Source: a virus
Virus record (IMG/VR): IMGVR_UViG_3300025875_000008
Span: 12,538-76,537 of that record
Reading direction: 5' to 3' (one strand)
DNA: 64,000 nucleotides
Part shown: positions 1 through 8,638 of the stretch, in pieces
Layout: each line of letters begins with the position of its first letter
Numbering within the stretch: position 1 is the first letter of the stretch
Notes under the pieces: model-generated
Told to the model about the DNA's origin: nothing
The model's database searches: none
Seen by the model: only the letters and a program-made list of their open reading frames with translations
Program-made: the position numbers and the translations under genes

Positions 1-172
1 CGCATGCACCTTCATCGGTGTTCTGCTCATGTCGCCACTGTGCCTGATCGCGGGCGTTTGGGCCGGAGACGATCGGTGGTACTTCACGGCAGGTTTCGTC
101 GCCGCGCTCGCAGCCATAGTGGGGGTTGCCTGGGTGATCGTTTGGATCAACGGAGTGGGTGAAGACGCGTGA
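1..172 (+). CDS. partial membrane protein (5' truncated)
   Basis: Open frame from nt 2 (ACTFIGVLLMSPLCLIAGVW...VAWVIVWINGVGEDA*) with two hydrophobic stretches; stop overlaps next GTG. Confidence 0.6.
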   Translation, partial: ACTFIGVLLMSPLCLIAGVWAGDDRWYFTAGFVAALAAIVGVAWVIVWINGVGEDA

Positions 173-330
173 AACTCACCCTCGCCGCCCTCCTCTTGTT
201 CTTCGCCACCCGCGCTTGGTGCCGGATCGTGCGCCAAACCGACCGGATGCGCGACAACGCAGCCCGACGCCGCACCGACAACAACTTTTGGGATCACGTC
301 CGACGAGAGATGCGAGCCGACCATGAGTGA
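169..330 (+). CDS. small hypothetical protein, paralog of 62062-62223
   Basis: MKLTLAALLLFFATRAWCRIVRQTDRMRDNAARRRTDNNFWDHVRREMRADHE; same length as, and near-identical to, the second copy. Confidence 0.75.
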   Translation: MKLTLAALLLFFATRAWCRIVRQTDRMRDNAARRRTDNNFWDHVRREMRADHE

Positions 331-616
331 GATAGCCACCGAACCCCTGTTCTACGACGACTGGTACGACCTAGGCATCCGAAGCATCGACTCAAGCGAG
401 GACGGTGGACCGCTCGGCAACCAGGCGTACTACGACTGGATGAAGCGGGTCATCGACGCAGCCACGGGGCGCGACATCGACTGGACGCACATCGATTTGG
501 CCATCGTGCTGGACCGGATGCTGCGCCAGGACGAGGCACGCAGGGCAGCCGACCACGCGTGCACCGGGGCGTACTGCACAAACTGTCGCACTGCTAAGGG
601 TGCCGACCATGAGTAA
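323..616 (+). CDS. hypothetical protein flanked by a 13-bp direct repeat
   Basis: 97-aa ORF; GCCGACCATGAGT at 316-328 and 602-614; gene absent at the homologous site 62209-62221. Confidence 0.7.
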   Translation: MSEIATEPLFYDDWYDLGIRSIDSSEDGGPLGNQAYYDWMKRVIDAATGRDIDWTHIDLAIVLDRMLRQDEARRAADHACTGAYCTNCRTAKGADHE

Positions 617-896
617 GTCCCGCGCCTACGACCCACCGCAGTGGGCTGACGCGAACCGGGCCAAACCCCGCCGCGCCACCTGGGACGACTTCCCCGAACC
701 CGAAATGGACGGCGACCCCACCATTTTGGTCAGCACCGAACAACTCACCCAACTCCGGGCGGCACGCGGCTGGGTCGACCCCACATCACACGGTGCGGCA
801 GTGATCGAACGCAGCCGGCAACGGGCCGAGGAAGACGCACGGTGGAAGCGATGGGCGGAAGCAGACCGCGAAGACCGTGACAGGTGGGCGATGTGA
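609..896 (+). CDS. hypothetical protein, paralog of 62216-62545
   Basis: Starts MSKSRAYDPPQW; first 84 nt have 3 mismatches to the second copy. Confidence 0.75.
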   Translation: MSKSRAYDPPQWADANRAKPRRATWDDFPEPEMDGDPTILVSTEQLTQLRAARGWVDPTSHGAAVIERSRQRAEEDARWKRWAEADREDRDRWAM

Positions 897-918
897 CAAC
901 CAGCAAAGAAAGGGCAAC

Positions 919-1203
919 ATGACGCCGATCATTGATTTCCAACAAGCACTGGTCCCTGGCACTGCCGGTATCCGGCTCCCCTGTTGCTCTGTTTGTGGCG
1001 CGTGCGTCCTAGATTTCGTGACCCATCAGGAGTGGCACGCCGCTCTTTCCAGCGAGACAGTCGACCACGACGACGACAAGCAGCGAGAGGTCGCGCTGGC
1101 GTTACACAAAGCGGGCGGCACAGGTAACGACGGAACGTTCTGTACTGGATGCACCGACTATTACCCTTGCCCGACCGCTCGCGCCCTCGGGGTGACCGCA
1201 TGA
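919..1203 (+). CDS. Cys-rich hypothetical protein
   Basis: CSVC and CTGC..YPCPT motifs; AAGGG RBS upstream. Confidence 0.6.
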   Translation: MTPIIDFQQALVPGTAGIRLPCCSVCGACVLDFVTHQEWHAALSSETVDHDDDKQREVALALHKAGGTGNDGTFCTGCTDYYPCPTARALGVTA

Positions 1204-1550
1204 CCGCGTACACCCGAGGTCGGTCATTCGAGTACGACGTCCGCGACCAGCTCACCAACGACGGCTACGAGTGCTTCAGGTCAGCCGGCAGCAAGACGAA
1301 GGTCGACATCATCGCCATCAAGCACGGGCAGATCCTACTGGTGCAAGCGAAACGCGACGGACGGATCAGCCCAGCCGAACGAGCCTCAGTGCAAGCCACA
1401 GCAGCCCTCATCGACTGCGCCGTGCCCATTTTGGCGTACAAGGTGGTCGGCAAGTCGGCTGTGCTGCTGGCAAGGCTGACCGGGCCAGGGCCGAAGGATC
1501 GGGTGCCGTTCGTTTGCGATGAGGTTGGCGCGGAGTGTGAATCTGGCTGA
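1200..1550 (+). CDS. Hjc-like (archaeal-type PD-(D/E)XK) Holliday junction resolvase
   Basis: GRSFEYDVRDQL, RSAGSKTKVDIIA and LLVQAK motifs; occupies the slot RusA fills in the second copy. Confidence 0.75.
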   Translation: MTAYTRGRSFEYDVRDQLTNDGYECFRSAGSKTKVDIIAIKHGQILLVQAKRDGRISPAERASVQATAALIDCAVPILAYKVVGKSAVLLARLTGPGPKDRVPFVCDEVGAECESG

Positions 1551-1603
1551 CATTTGTTGCCAGTTCTATTGACACGCACGCCAGAGTGCGCAACGCTGGA
1601 TGC
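1547..1603 (+). promoter_or_regulatory. promoter with operator-like array, leaderless start
   Basis: CTGACA-N5-TGCCAG-N5-TTGACA(-35, 1569-1574), 17-nt spacer, AACGCT(-10), 6 nt, ATG at 1604. Confidence 0.7.
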
Positions 1604-1783
1604 ATGAACCCCACATTGATCACCACAGCTCAAGCGATGATCATGCTGAAACTCTCCGCGACCTCATCCGTGACCCGCATGGTTGAACGCGGAGAGTTGA
1701 CGCCCATCTACGCCGGGCGCGTACTCCTGTTCGACCGCGACGACGTTGAGCGGCTGGCTAAGCAGCGAGCGGTGAAGGCGTGA
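1604..1783 (+). CDS. small MerR/excisionase-type HTH protein
   Basis: LITTAQAMIML...VTRMVERGELTP...LLFDRDDVERL; paralogs at 54340-54525 and 63566-63745. Confidence 0.8.
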   Translation: MNPTLITTAQAMIMLKLSATSSVTRMVERGELTPIYAGRVLLFDRDDVERLAKQRAVKA

Positions 1784-2439
1784 AGCTCCTCGATCTGTTC
1801 TGCGGCGCCGGCGGCTGCTCTGTTGGCTACGCCCGTGCCGGTTTCGACGTGACGGGCTACGACATCACGCCGCACCCCGACTACCCGTTCGAGTTTCACC
1901 AAGGGGACGCGATTGAGGTCATGCGCGACCCTGCGTACCTGTCTCAGTTCGACGTGGTGCACGCCAGCCCGCCCTGTCCTCTCTACAGCGTCGCAACGCA
2001 GGCTGAGAACCGGAAGAATCATCCTGACTTTGTGCCCATTACCCGCGAGCTTCTTACCGCCTGGGGTGGCGCTTACATCATGGAGAACGTGCCAGGTGCG
2101 CCCATGCCGCAAGCTGTGACCATCTGCGGCTGGGCTATGGGACTCAAGCACATCAAGCGGCATCGGTTGTTCGAGTCGAATCTGCTGTTGATGTCTCCTG
2201 GCTGTGCTTGCCCGAACGGTGACACGGTGTCTGTGTTCGGACACTCGGGTGAAGACCGGAGGAGGGCGACAATCGCTGTGCACGGCAACCGTCGCGTTCA
2301 CGTTCCGATCGCCGAGGTGCGGCAGTTGATGGGCGTCGAGTGGATGACCAACCGAGACGACATCTCCGATGCAATACCACCCGCGTACACCGAATACCTT
2401 GGCGGCCAACTCATCGACCAGCTCGACATCGCCGCATGA
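1780..2439 (+). CDS. compact DNA cytosine-5 methyltransferase
   Basis: Motif I LDLFCGAGG, motif IV ASPPC, motif VI MENV, motif X-like DAIPP. Confidence 0.9.
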   Translation: MKLLDLFCGAGGCSVGYARAGFDVTGYDITPHPDYPFEFHQGDAIEVMRDPAYLSQFDVVHASPPCPLYSVATQAENRKNHPDFVPITRELLTAWGGAYIMENVPGAPMPQAVTICGWAMGLKHIKRHRLFESNLLLMSPGCACPNGDTVSVFGHSGEDRRRATIAVHGNRRVHVPIAEVRQLMGVEWMTNRDDISDAIPPAYTEYLGGQLIDQLDIAA

Positions 2440-2636
2440 CCACCACTGCCAATCTGCCTGTCACCACCTGTCAATACGCCGGCCAGAACTGGTGGCAGGC
2501 GCCCGGGAACTGTGTCAGCCACGCCCTCAACGAGTGGTCGAAGCAGTGGCATCGGGCCGCGAACGTCACCATCACCGTCACCCTGGACCCCGACAGCCGG
2601 GTCCAAACCGTCACCGTCACGGGAGAAGCAGCATGA
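2436..2636 (+). CDS. hypothetical protein
   Basis: ATGA-coupled ORF in early operon. Confidence 0.55.
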   Translation: MTTTANLPVTTCQYAGQNWWQAPGNCVSHALNEWSKQWHRAANVTITVTLDPDSRVQTVTVTGEAA

Positions 2637-2800
2637 GAAACAGCCGCGAGCAACCTATCTGCGGCGCACCCTGTCACTACGGCAACGTCGCAGCAACGCG
2701 CAAGTACAGCAAAGCCGAACTCGGTTGGATGTGGCACTGCAACCGGGCGGTCAAAGTCGAGGGGCAGCACTGCTGGCAACACAAGGACGCATCAGCATGA
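2633..2800 (+). CDS. small Cys/His hypothetical protein
   Basis: ICGAPC...HCN...HCWQH; ATGA overlaps at both ends. Confidence 0.55.
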   Translation: MRNSREQPICGAPCHYGNVAATRKYSKAELGWMWHCNRAVKVEGQHCWQHKDASA

Positions 2801-3123
2801 ACCGCATCTGCGCGCACTGCCCGAACCCGATCACCCGTCGCCCGAAAGAGTCCACACCCCGCTACATGCGGCGCCAGTACTGCTCAATGGCTTGCTGGCA
2901 CGACAAGCAACGCGAGGGCGGCGTCAGCCAGCAGCGCCCCTACGAACGCACCGCAGGCCGTTACGAAGACCTCACCATGCTCCTTGACGCCGGCGAATCC
3001 CTGCACCACATCCCCGATCGGCTCGGCACCACAGCAGGCGCGCTCGCACGCTGGCTGCACCGATACGGCTACCACCAAGAAGCGCGACTGTTCGACCGCG
3101 CAGAAATCAGAAGGGCAGCATGA
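2797..3123 (+). CDS. zinc finger + HTH protein
   Basis: N-terminal CxxC...YCSxxC; C-terminal HTH-like GESLHHIPDRLGTTAGALARWL. Confidence 0.65.
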   Translation: MNRICAHCPNPITRRPKESTPRYMRRQYCSMACWHDKQREGGVSQQRPYERTAGRYEDLTMLLDAGESLHHIPDRLGTTAGALARWLHRYGYHQEARLFDRAEIRRAA

Positions 3124-3392
3124 CCGACCAGACGCTAGACCTTGACACCCTGCGCATAACCGTCCGCGACACCATCGACGCGAGCCTGTCCACCGCCACC
3201 AAAGCAACGATGGCCTACGAGGACCTGCAAGCCGTCGCCGACGCAGTAGGAGAAGCGGTGCTCGAACTACTACCCAGCTCGTTCGACCGCTTCAACGCCA
3301 TCGTAGACGCCCCCGCATCGGCAGCCGTTGAGGACGTCATGTGCGGCGAGATGTGCCAGTGCTACGAGTGCGGCGAGAGAGGAAACCACTGA
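3120..3392 (+). CDS. hypothetical protein
   Basis: 90-aa coupled ORF with C-terminal Cys cluster. Confidence 0.55.
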   Translation: MTDQTLDLDTLRITVRDTIDASLSTATKATMAYEDLQAVADAVGEAVLELLPSSFDRFNAIVDAPASAAVEDVMCGEMCQCYECGERGNH

Positions 3393-3802
3393 TGACCGAC
3401 CGCATCTGCCAGTCCCGCACCTGCAACAACCCCATCCCCAAACGCGACAGCGAATCCTGGCCCGCCTGGGCGAAACGCAAATACTGCTCCCAGCAACACG
3501 CCCGCGACGAAGCACGCATCCAAGCCGAGGAGAACCCCATGCCCAAATACCCGCACAAGTCGATGGCGTTCTACCTCGACACCCCCAACATGCCCCAAGC
3601 CGCCTGTAAAGGGCGCACATACGTGGCCGACAGCGACACGCCCTCAGGGATCGCAGCGGCGAAGGAGGTGTGCGTCGACTGCCCCGAACTGGACCTGTGC
3701 CGCGACTGGGCCATCACCACACGGCAATCTGCGGGCGTTTGGGGCGGACTCAGCCTGGACGAACGCGAGAAGCTGCGGCGGCGGATGAGCAGGGCAGCAT
3801 GA
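3392..3802 (+). CDS. whiB: WhiB-family transcription factor with extra N-terminal Zn finger
   Basis: AACKG...AKEVCVDCPELDLC...GVWGGLSLDER: four Cys plus GVWGG turn. Confidence 0.9.
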   Translation: MTDRICQSRTCNNPIPKRDSESWPAWAKRKYCSQQHARDEARIQAEENPMPKYPHKSMAFYLDTPNMPQAACKGRTYVADSDTPSGIAAAKEVCVDCPELDLCRDWAITTRQSAGVWGGLSLDEREKLRRRMSRAA

Positions 3803-3891
3803 CCGAACGTCAGGACGGCGACCCGCATACCTGCACGTATGTAGACGGCTACTGCATCCGCTGCGAGAAACCCGAACCTGCCCAGAAGTGA
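3799..3891 (+). CDS. 30-aa Cys peptide
   Basis: MTERQDGDPHTCTYVDGYCIRCEKPEPAQK, ATGA-coupled. Confidence 0.4.
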   Translation: MTERQDGDPHTCTYVDGYCIRCEKPEPAQK

Positions 3892-3942
3892 CACCTCAAC
3901 TGACACCAGTTGCTACTGTGACAACACCATAAGGAGACTCAG

Positions 3943-4122
3943 ATGAGCCAAGACGAAACCACCGACACCACCCAGTTCCCGTGCCCGGTCTGCGGCCAGT
4001 TCTTCAGCAGATCCGTGGAGAGCACCAACCACATGAGCGTGACCGAAGCTAACCTGCTGTGCCCTGACGGACACGCATGGTCAATGCGTTGGGTATCGCC
4101 GCAGCTCGCGGTCAGCGCATGA
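3943..4122 (+). CDS. small Zn-ribbon protein
   Basis: AAGGAG RBS; CPVCG...CPDGHAWSMRW; stop overlaps the methyltransferase start. Confidence 0.65.
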   Translation: MSQDETTDTTQFPCPVCGQFFSRSVESTNHMSVTEANLLCPDGHAWSMRWVSPQLAVSA

Positions 4123-4808
4123 AGCCGTACTACGAAGACGAAGTAGTGAAGCTTTACCACGGAGACTGCACCGTCATCACGGACTGGCTCACAGCGGATG
4201 TCCTAGTGATGGATCCCCCGTACGGACGTAACTGGCAATCAGGTTCAGGGATGACCAACAGTCATGGTCGGGGCCAAGGATCTATTGCCCACGGTGGCAT
4301 CGCGGGCGACAAAGACACCGCTATGCGCGACGCAGTACTGCTTTTGTGGGGCGACCGACCTGGCGTCATCTTCGGCGACTTGCTGATCCAGCCGCCATCC
4401 ACTGCTAAGCAGGTGTTGATCTACGCCAAACCCCTGGACGCCGGAATCAAGGGCGCCCGAGGCGGATTCCGTCGTAACGCTGAAGCGATCTACCTCACCG
4501 GGCCATGGAAAGCGGGCGTGGGTGGCGAAAGCAGCATCATCACCACCCAGTCTTTGGTCGCTGGCCCTACAGGCGGCGCGACCCGCTACGGGCACCCGCA
4601 TGTGAAGCCTCAAGACGTGATGCAGCGTCTCATCCTGGCCTGCCCTACTGGCACCGTTGCGGATCCGTTCGCTGGTGCTGGGTCGACGCTGGTCGCCGCC
4701 AAGGCGCTCGGTGTGAGATCCATCGGCTGCGAGATAGATGAGCGTTACTGCGAGATCGCCGCCCGCCGCCTCTCGCAGGGTGTTCTCGACTTTGGTGACG
4801 CGGCATGA
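4119..4808 (+). CDS. DNA N6-adenine/N4-cytosine methyltransferase (beta class)
   Basis: LYHGDC, DPPY catalytic motif, HPHVKP, DPFAGAGST SAM motif, IGCEIDERY. Confidence 0.92.
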   Translation: MKPYYEDEVVKLYHGDCTVITDWLTADVLVMDPPYGRNWQSGSGMTNSHGRGQGSIAHGGIAGDKDTAMRDAVLLLWGDRPGVIFGDLLIQPPSTAKQVLIYAKPLDAGIKGARGGFRRNAEAIYLTGPWKAGVGGESSIITTQSLVAGPTGGATRYGHPHVKPQDVMQRLILACPTGTVADPFAGAGSTLVAAKALGVRSIGCEIDERYCEIAARRLSQGVLDFGDAA

Positions 4809-4966
4809 CCGAGCCCTGGAACAAGAACCCATGCCCACAGTGCGGCAGGGAGTCCGACCGCCGGCGCATGGTCGCCACCGACGATGTGCGGAAAGTGCAC
4901 CACGTTGACAGTGCGGGGCACACCTGGACGACGACATGGATGGTTGAGACGAGGACAGCGGCGTGA
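4805..4966 (+). CDS. small Zn-ribbon-like protein resembling 3943-4122
   Basis: CPQCG...DSAGHTWTTTW. Confidence 0.55.
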   Translation: MTEPWNKNPCPQCGRESDRRRMVATDDVRKVHHVDSAGHTWTTTWMVETRTAA

Positions 4967-4981
4967 AAGGACGAGTAGAAG

Positions 4982-5027
4982 TGCCAGTTTCGTTGACATT
5001 ATGTGCCACTTATACTAGCGTAAACCC
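4982..5027 (+). promoter_or_regulatory. promoter with operator-like array, leaderless start
   Basis: TGCCAG-N5-TTGACA(-35)-N5-TGCCAC; 17-nt spacer; TAGCGT -10; 6 nt to ATG 5028. Confidence 0.75.
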
Positions 5028-5231
5028 ATGAACATAGCGCCTACCCCTTGGCGAGTTCGGTACTCCGTACAAGAGGCAGCCGAAATGCTGGGGCTACACG
5101 TAGACACCGTTCGCCGGCGCATCCGAACCAAGGATCTGCACATCGTCCGCGACGGTGGACGAGTGTTCATCACCCACGACGAGCTGGTCCGATATGGCAC
5201 CCGCGACTTCGAACTTCCCGAGGCGGGCTGA
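5028..5231 (+). CDS. excisionase-type HTH protein
   Basis: YSVQEAAEMLGLHVDTVRRRI...GGRVFI. Confidence 0.85.
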   Translation: MNIAPTPWRVRYSVQEAAEMLGLHVDTVRRRIRTKDLHIVRDGGRVFITHDELVRYGTRDFELPEAG

Positions 5232-5452
5232 TGTCCGAGAATCTGACCGCGCACATAGGACTAAACGCGCACATCGAAGCGGTACTGAGGTACTTGGAGA
5301 AGTACGCCGCGAGGGTGTCCGACGTTCATCTGTTCACCCTGACGCAGGTGCTGTCATCGAACCTGTACTCCGAGGATAAAGAAGCCGTTGCCTTAGCAGC
5401 GGAGACTGCACTGTCGTCGCTGCTTGACGTGATGCAGGAGTTGATGCCCTGA
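5231..5452 (+). CDS. hypothetical protein
   Basis: TGATG-coupled on both sides. Confidence 0.6.
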   Translation: MSENLTAHIGLNAHIEAVLRYLEKYAARVSDVHLFTLTQVLSSNLYSEDKEAVALAAETALSSLLDVMQELMP

Positions 5453-6369
5453 TGGCTCGCGAGTTCGGACGCTTCAACATCGCCATCTGGCAGGATCCCG
5501 ACTGGCGCGAACTGCCGCCGCCAGCACAGCACCTGTACATGCTCCTCTGGACGCATCCGCAACTGAGCTACTGCGGGGTCGTGGACTGGCGCCCTGGCCG
5601 ACTCGCCGCGTTCGCGAAGGGCTGGACCGCAGAGGACATCCGCCTGCTCGCTGACTGCCTCGAGGCTCGCCACTTCATCGTGGTGGATGAGGACACCGAA
5701 GAGGCGCTGGTCCGGTCGTGGATGCGTTTTGACGGGCTGATGAAGCAGCCCCGGTTGGCCGTGTCGTTCGCCAATGCTTACGCGGGTGTGTCGTCCAACC
5801 TGCTGCGTGGGGTCATCGTCCACGAGATGCTGAAGCTGCAAGAGATCGAGCCGACACTACCCGCGTGGAACGTGTCGCAGATCCAGGCGATGAACGGTTT
5901 GCCCAGCGTTGACCCCAAGTCCAGGGAGGGGTTACGGGACCCTTTTACCGATGGGTTTGCCTATGACTTTGGGCATGCCTTTGGGGATAGTTTGGGCCAA
6001 ACGCGAGATGGGGTTAGGGGATTGGTTTCGGTACCCCCTACTACTACTACAGCTACATCTACTGTCTACAGCAACACGCAAGCCAAGACGCAAAGCATGC
6101 GCGACACGTCGCGCTTCGTTGAGTTCTGGAACGTCTACCCGATTAAGCGCGACAAGAAGAAGGCTCAGGAAGCGTACGAAAGACTTGTGCGCAAAGGAGT
6201 CGACCAAGACCGCATCATCGCTGGCGCCCGCACGTACGCCGAGTTCCAGCGCCGACCAGGCGCACCGGCCACCAAGTACGCGCAGGGATGGTTGAGCGGC
6301 GAACGCTGGGAAGACGAAGACCTGCTGCACGACGAGATCCAGTACGACGCCCTGGGGTTCGCGAAATGA
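5452..6369 (+). CDS. phage replication initiator protein
   Basis: Actinophage Rep-like N-terminus (IWQDPDWRELPPPAQHLY) and C-terminal FVEFWNVYP...KKKA...W domain; directly upstream of the helicase. Confidence 0.8.
   Translation: MAREFGRFNIAIWQDPDWRELPPPAQHLYMLLWTHPQLSYCGVVDWRPGRLAAFAKGWTAEDIRLLADCLEARHFIVVDEDTEEALVRSWMRFDGLMKQPRLAVSFANAYAGVSSNLLRGVIVHEMLKLQEIEPTLPAWNVSQIQAMNGLPSVDPKSREGLRDPFTDGFAYDFGHAFGDSLGQTRDGVRGLVSVPPTTTTATSTVYSNTQAKTQSMRDTSRFVEFWNVYPIKRDKKKAQEAYERLVRKGVDQDRIIAGARTYAEFQRRPGAPATKYAQGWLSGERWEDEDLLHDEIQYDALGFAK
5925..6075. repeat. putative replication origin: iteron-like repeats inside the initiator gene
   Basis: Clustered GGGTT(T/A)/TTTGGG motifs followed by a CTA run in the low-complexity linker. 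Confidence 0.45.
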
Positions 6370-7616
6370 TCGACTTCACGCAAGCGCCCCCGCAGGACGT
6401 CGCAGCCGAGCAGGCTGTCCTCGGTGCGGCCATGATGTCGCGGGAAGCGTTCAACACCGCCGCCGACATGCTCACCGCCGACCCACCCGGGGAAGAGTTC
6501 TACCGGCCCGCACATCAGCAGATCTGGCAGTCCATGCTGGACCTGAAGACTGCCGGCCAGCCGATCGACCCGGTGACCGTCTCCGACCAGCTCGCCCGCA
6601 ATGGTGTCCTCGGGGATGTCGGGGAACGCCCGTACATCCACACCTTGTACGCGTCCGTGGTGGTCGCGACCAACGTCAGCCACCACGCGACCATCATCAA
6701 AGACTTGCACCTGCACCGGAAGCTGATCGACGCAGCCACCCGCAACCTGCAAGACGCGCTGCAATCACTGGATCCTGTTGAGGCGATCCTTTCTCGGGCC
6801 GAAGCGCAACTGCGCACCGTGCCCACGCAGGCAGCCGACTTCACCACGTCTGTGATGTCGTTCGATGAGTTCTGCGACCAGCCCATTCCCCCCAATGACT
6901 GGATCGTCCCTGACCTGCTGGACCGGGGGGACCGCTTGGTGCTCACCGGCACCGAGGGTTTGGGCAAGTCGATCCTGATGCGCCAGTTCGCTGTGTCCGT
7001 CGCGGCAGGGTTTCATCCGTTCACGTACAAGCCGATGCCGTCGCAGACCGTGCTGTACGTCGACTGCGAGAACCCGAAAAAGATCATGATCAAGACGTTC
7101 GCCGAGATGCGCGATGCTGTGCGCCGCAACCGTGGGGCAATGGACGAGAAGCGGCTGTGGGTTGAGCGTCTGCCGTCCGGTCTAAACCTGGCTGAGGCGT
7201 CCGACCGGCTGTCGTTGCAGCGGCTGGTGTCACTCATCAACCCTGACCTGCTGTGCATCGGACCCGCGTACAAACTGTTCCGGGGTAGTTCGAAAGACAA
7301 GGATGAGGATCTGGCCCGCACTGTCACGCAGGCGCTGGACGACATCCGCGAATCCGTTGGGTGCGCCCTGGTCCTCGAGCACCACTCACCGCACGGATCC
7401 GATGGGGCGGACCGGGCAGTCAGACCGATCGGCTCGTCGTTGTGGCTGCGTTGGCCTGAGTTTGGCTACGGCATCCGGGCTGCAAAGGGCGCCACCAAGC
7501 AGAATCGGCTGGTTGACCTGCTGCCGTGGCGTGGATCTCGTGACGAACGTGACTGGCCGGACCAGCTCGCAGCCGGCACGAACTTCATGCCGTGGGTCGA
7601 CGCGAGTTGCGCATGA
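6366..7616 (+). CDS. dnaB: replicative helicase (DnaB N-domain + RecA/AAA_25 ATPase)
   Basis: PPQDVAAEQAVLG N-terminus; Walker A GTEGLGKS; EHH; IGSSLWLRWPEFG. Confidence 0.85.
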   Translation: MIDFTQAPPQDVAAEQAVLGAAMMSREAFNTAADMLTADPPGEEFYRPAHQQIWQSMLDLKTAGQPIDPVTVSDQLARNGVLGDVGERPYIHTLYASVVVATNVSHHATIIKDLHLHRKLIDAATRNLQDALQSLDPVEAILSRAEAQLRTVPTQAADFTTSVMSFDEFCDQPIPPNDWIVPDLLDRGDRLVLTGTEGLGKSILMRQFAVSVAAGFHPFTYKPMPSQTVLYVDCENPKKIMIKTFAEMRDAVRRNRGAMDEKRLWVERLPSGLNLAEASDRLSLQRLVSLINPDLLCIGPAYKLFRGSSKDKDEDLARTVTQALDDIRESVGCALVLEHHSPHGSDGADRAVRPIGSSLWLRWPEFGYGIRAAKGATKQNRLVDLLPWRGSRDERDWPDQLAAGTNFMPWVDASCA

Positions 7617-7735
7617 CTGACGATCTGCTGCATTGGCTGCGTCAGCAACCCGGGCGCTGTCGTCAGTGCGGCTTCCACACCACCCAAGGGCACCGCGCAA
7701 ATTGCGGGGCGAACAAACGACCGGAGGAACGATGA
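7613..7735 (+). CDS. small Cys/His peptide
   Basis: MTDDLLHWLRQQPGRCRQCGFHTTQGHRANC; coupled at both ends. Confidence 0.5.
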   Translation: MTDDLLHWLRQQPGRCRQCGFHTTQGHRANCGANKRPEER

Positions 7736-8031
7736 GTGAGCAGATGCCCGACCTGGAAGCGATCCGAATGAAGATCGCACGCAAGCGAAACAGCGGTTAC
7801 TACTTCGGCCTGCCAGCCGAGGAAGCGTTGCTTGCCGAGGTCGATCGCCTCGCCGCTCGCCTTGCCATGTTCGACGCTGCCACTTCTGCTGGCACTGAGC
7901 GCCCGTCAGATGGACAGGGGGCACTGGGAGACGCTACAGACCCCCGAGGCGCTACAAACCGCCCTACAGCCCCTGGAATGACCACTCTCGACCTCACCGC
8001 CATCCACGACTACTGCCACCAGGAGGACTGA
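7732..8031 (+). CDS. hypothetical protein
   Basis: GGAGG RBS, coupled ORF. Confidence 0.55.
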   Translation: MSEQMPDLEAIRMKIARKRNSGYYFGLPAEEALLAEVDRLAARLAMFDAATSAGTERPSDGQGALGDATDPRGATNRPTAPGMTTLDLTAIHDYCHQED

Positions 8032-8393
8032 TGACCAAGTTCGAAGTGCCCGTGTGTCGCTGCGGCGTCTATATGCACCTGCATCCCACAAGCCAGTGCG
8101 ACCTACGCAGGAAGGCGCGGTGGTGGCACCAGCACTACCTACACCGTCACATCGCCGTTCGCATCTGGTGGTCGCTGTCGGACAAAGCTCGTTGGGCTAT
8201 CGCGCACCGTATGGCATCCGACAAGCGCGACTGGTGCGACCTCGTGGATTCCGTCATCGCAGCAGGCCAGGACCGACGTGGTGACTGCTACGACGACCTG
8301 TGTGACGTGCCTTTGCCGACCGACGCCCGCCCTGTGGTGCCTGGTCGCTGCTACTGCTCACCGTCAACCCGAATCAAGGAGATGTCTGCATGA
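8031..8393 (+). CDS. Cys/Trp-rich hypothetical protein
   Basis: AGGAGG RBS, 120 aa. Confidence 0.6.
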   Translation: MTKFEVPVCRCGVYMHLHPTSQCDLRRKARWWHQHYLHRHIAVRIWWSLSDKARWAIAHRMASDKRDWCDLVDSVIAAGQDRRGDCYDDLCDVPLPTDARPVVPGRCYCSPSTRIKEMSA

Positions 8394-8638
8394 CGCTACA
8401 GATGACCCCGCAGCGAGCCCGCTACCTCGCGAAGAACTCACTGAACCCGGCCACCCAAGCCAAGATGTTCTCGTTCCTGCGCGACTACCAGGACCAGCGG
8501 CGTCGGCTGCGTGCAGGTGAGGATCTGCGGCCAGCGGACTACGGGCGCCACAAGCACACGATGCACCAGTACGCGCTCGGGTTTTCGCAGTGCACCGGCT
8601 GTGAGTTGCGGGTCAAGGATGAGCAGGTGGCGGCGTGA
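8390..8638 (+). CDS. hypothetical protein
   Basis: AAGGAG RBS; C-terminal CTGC. Confidence 0.6.
   Translation: MTLQMTPQRARYLAKNSLNPATQAKMFSFLRDYQDQRRRLRAGEDLRPADYGRHKHTMHQYALGFSQCTGCELRVKDEQVAA

Noticed and set aside
169-900. Terminal direct repeat or simple circular overlap with 62062-62545
   Set aside because: The copies differ in sequence and gene content, and the HNH-terminase layout points to cos ends near 17.6 kb.
1780-4808. Restriction-modification defence system
   Set aside because: No adjacent restriction endonuclease; the nearby PD-(D/E)XK gene fits Hjc by motif and synteny.
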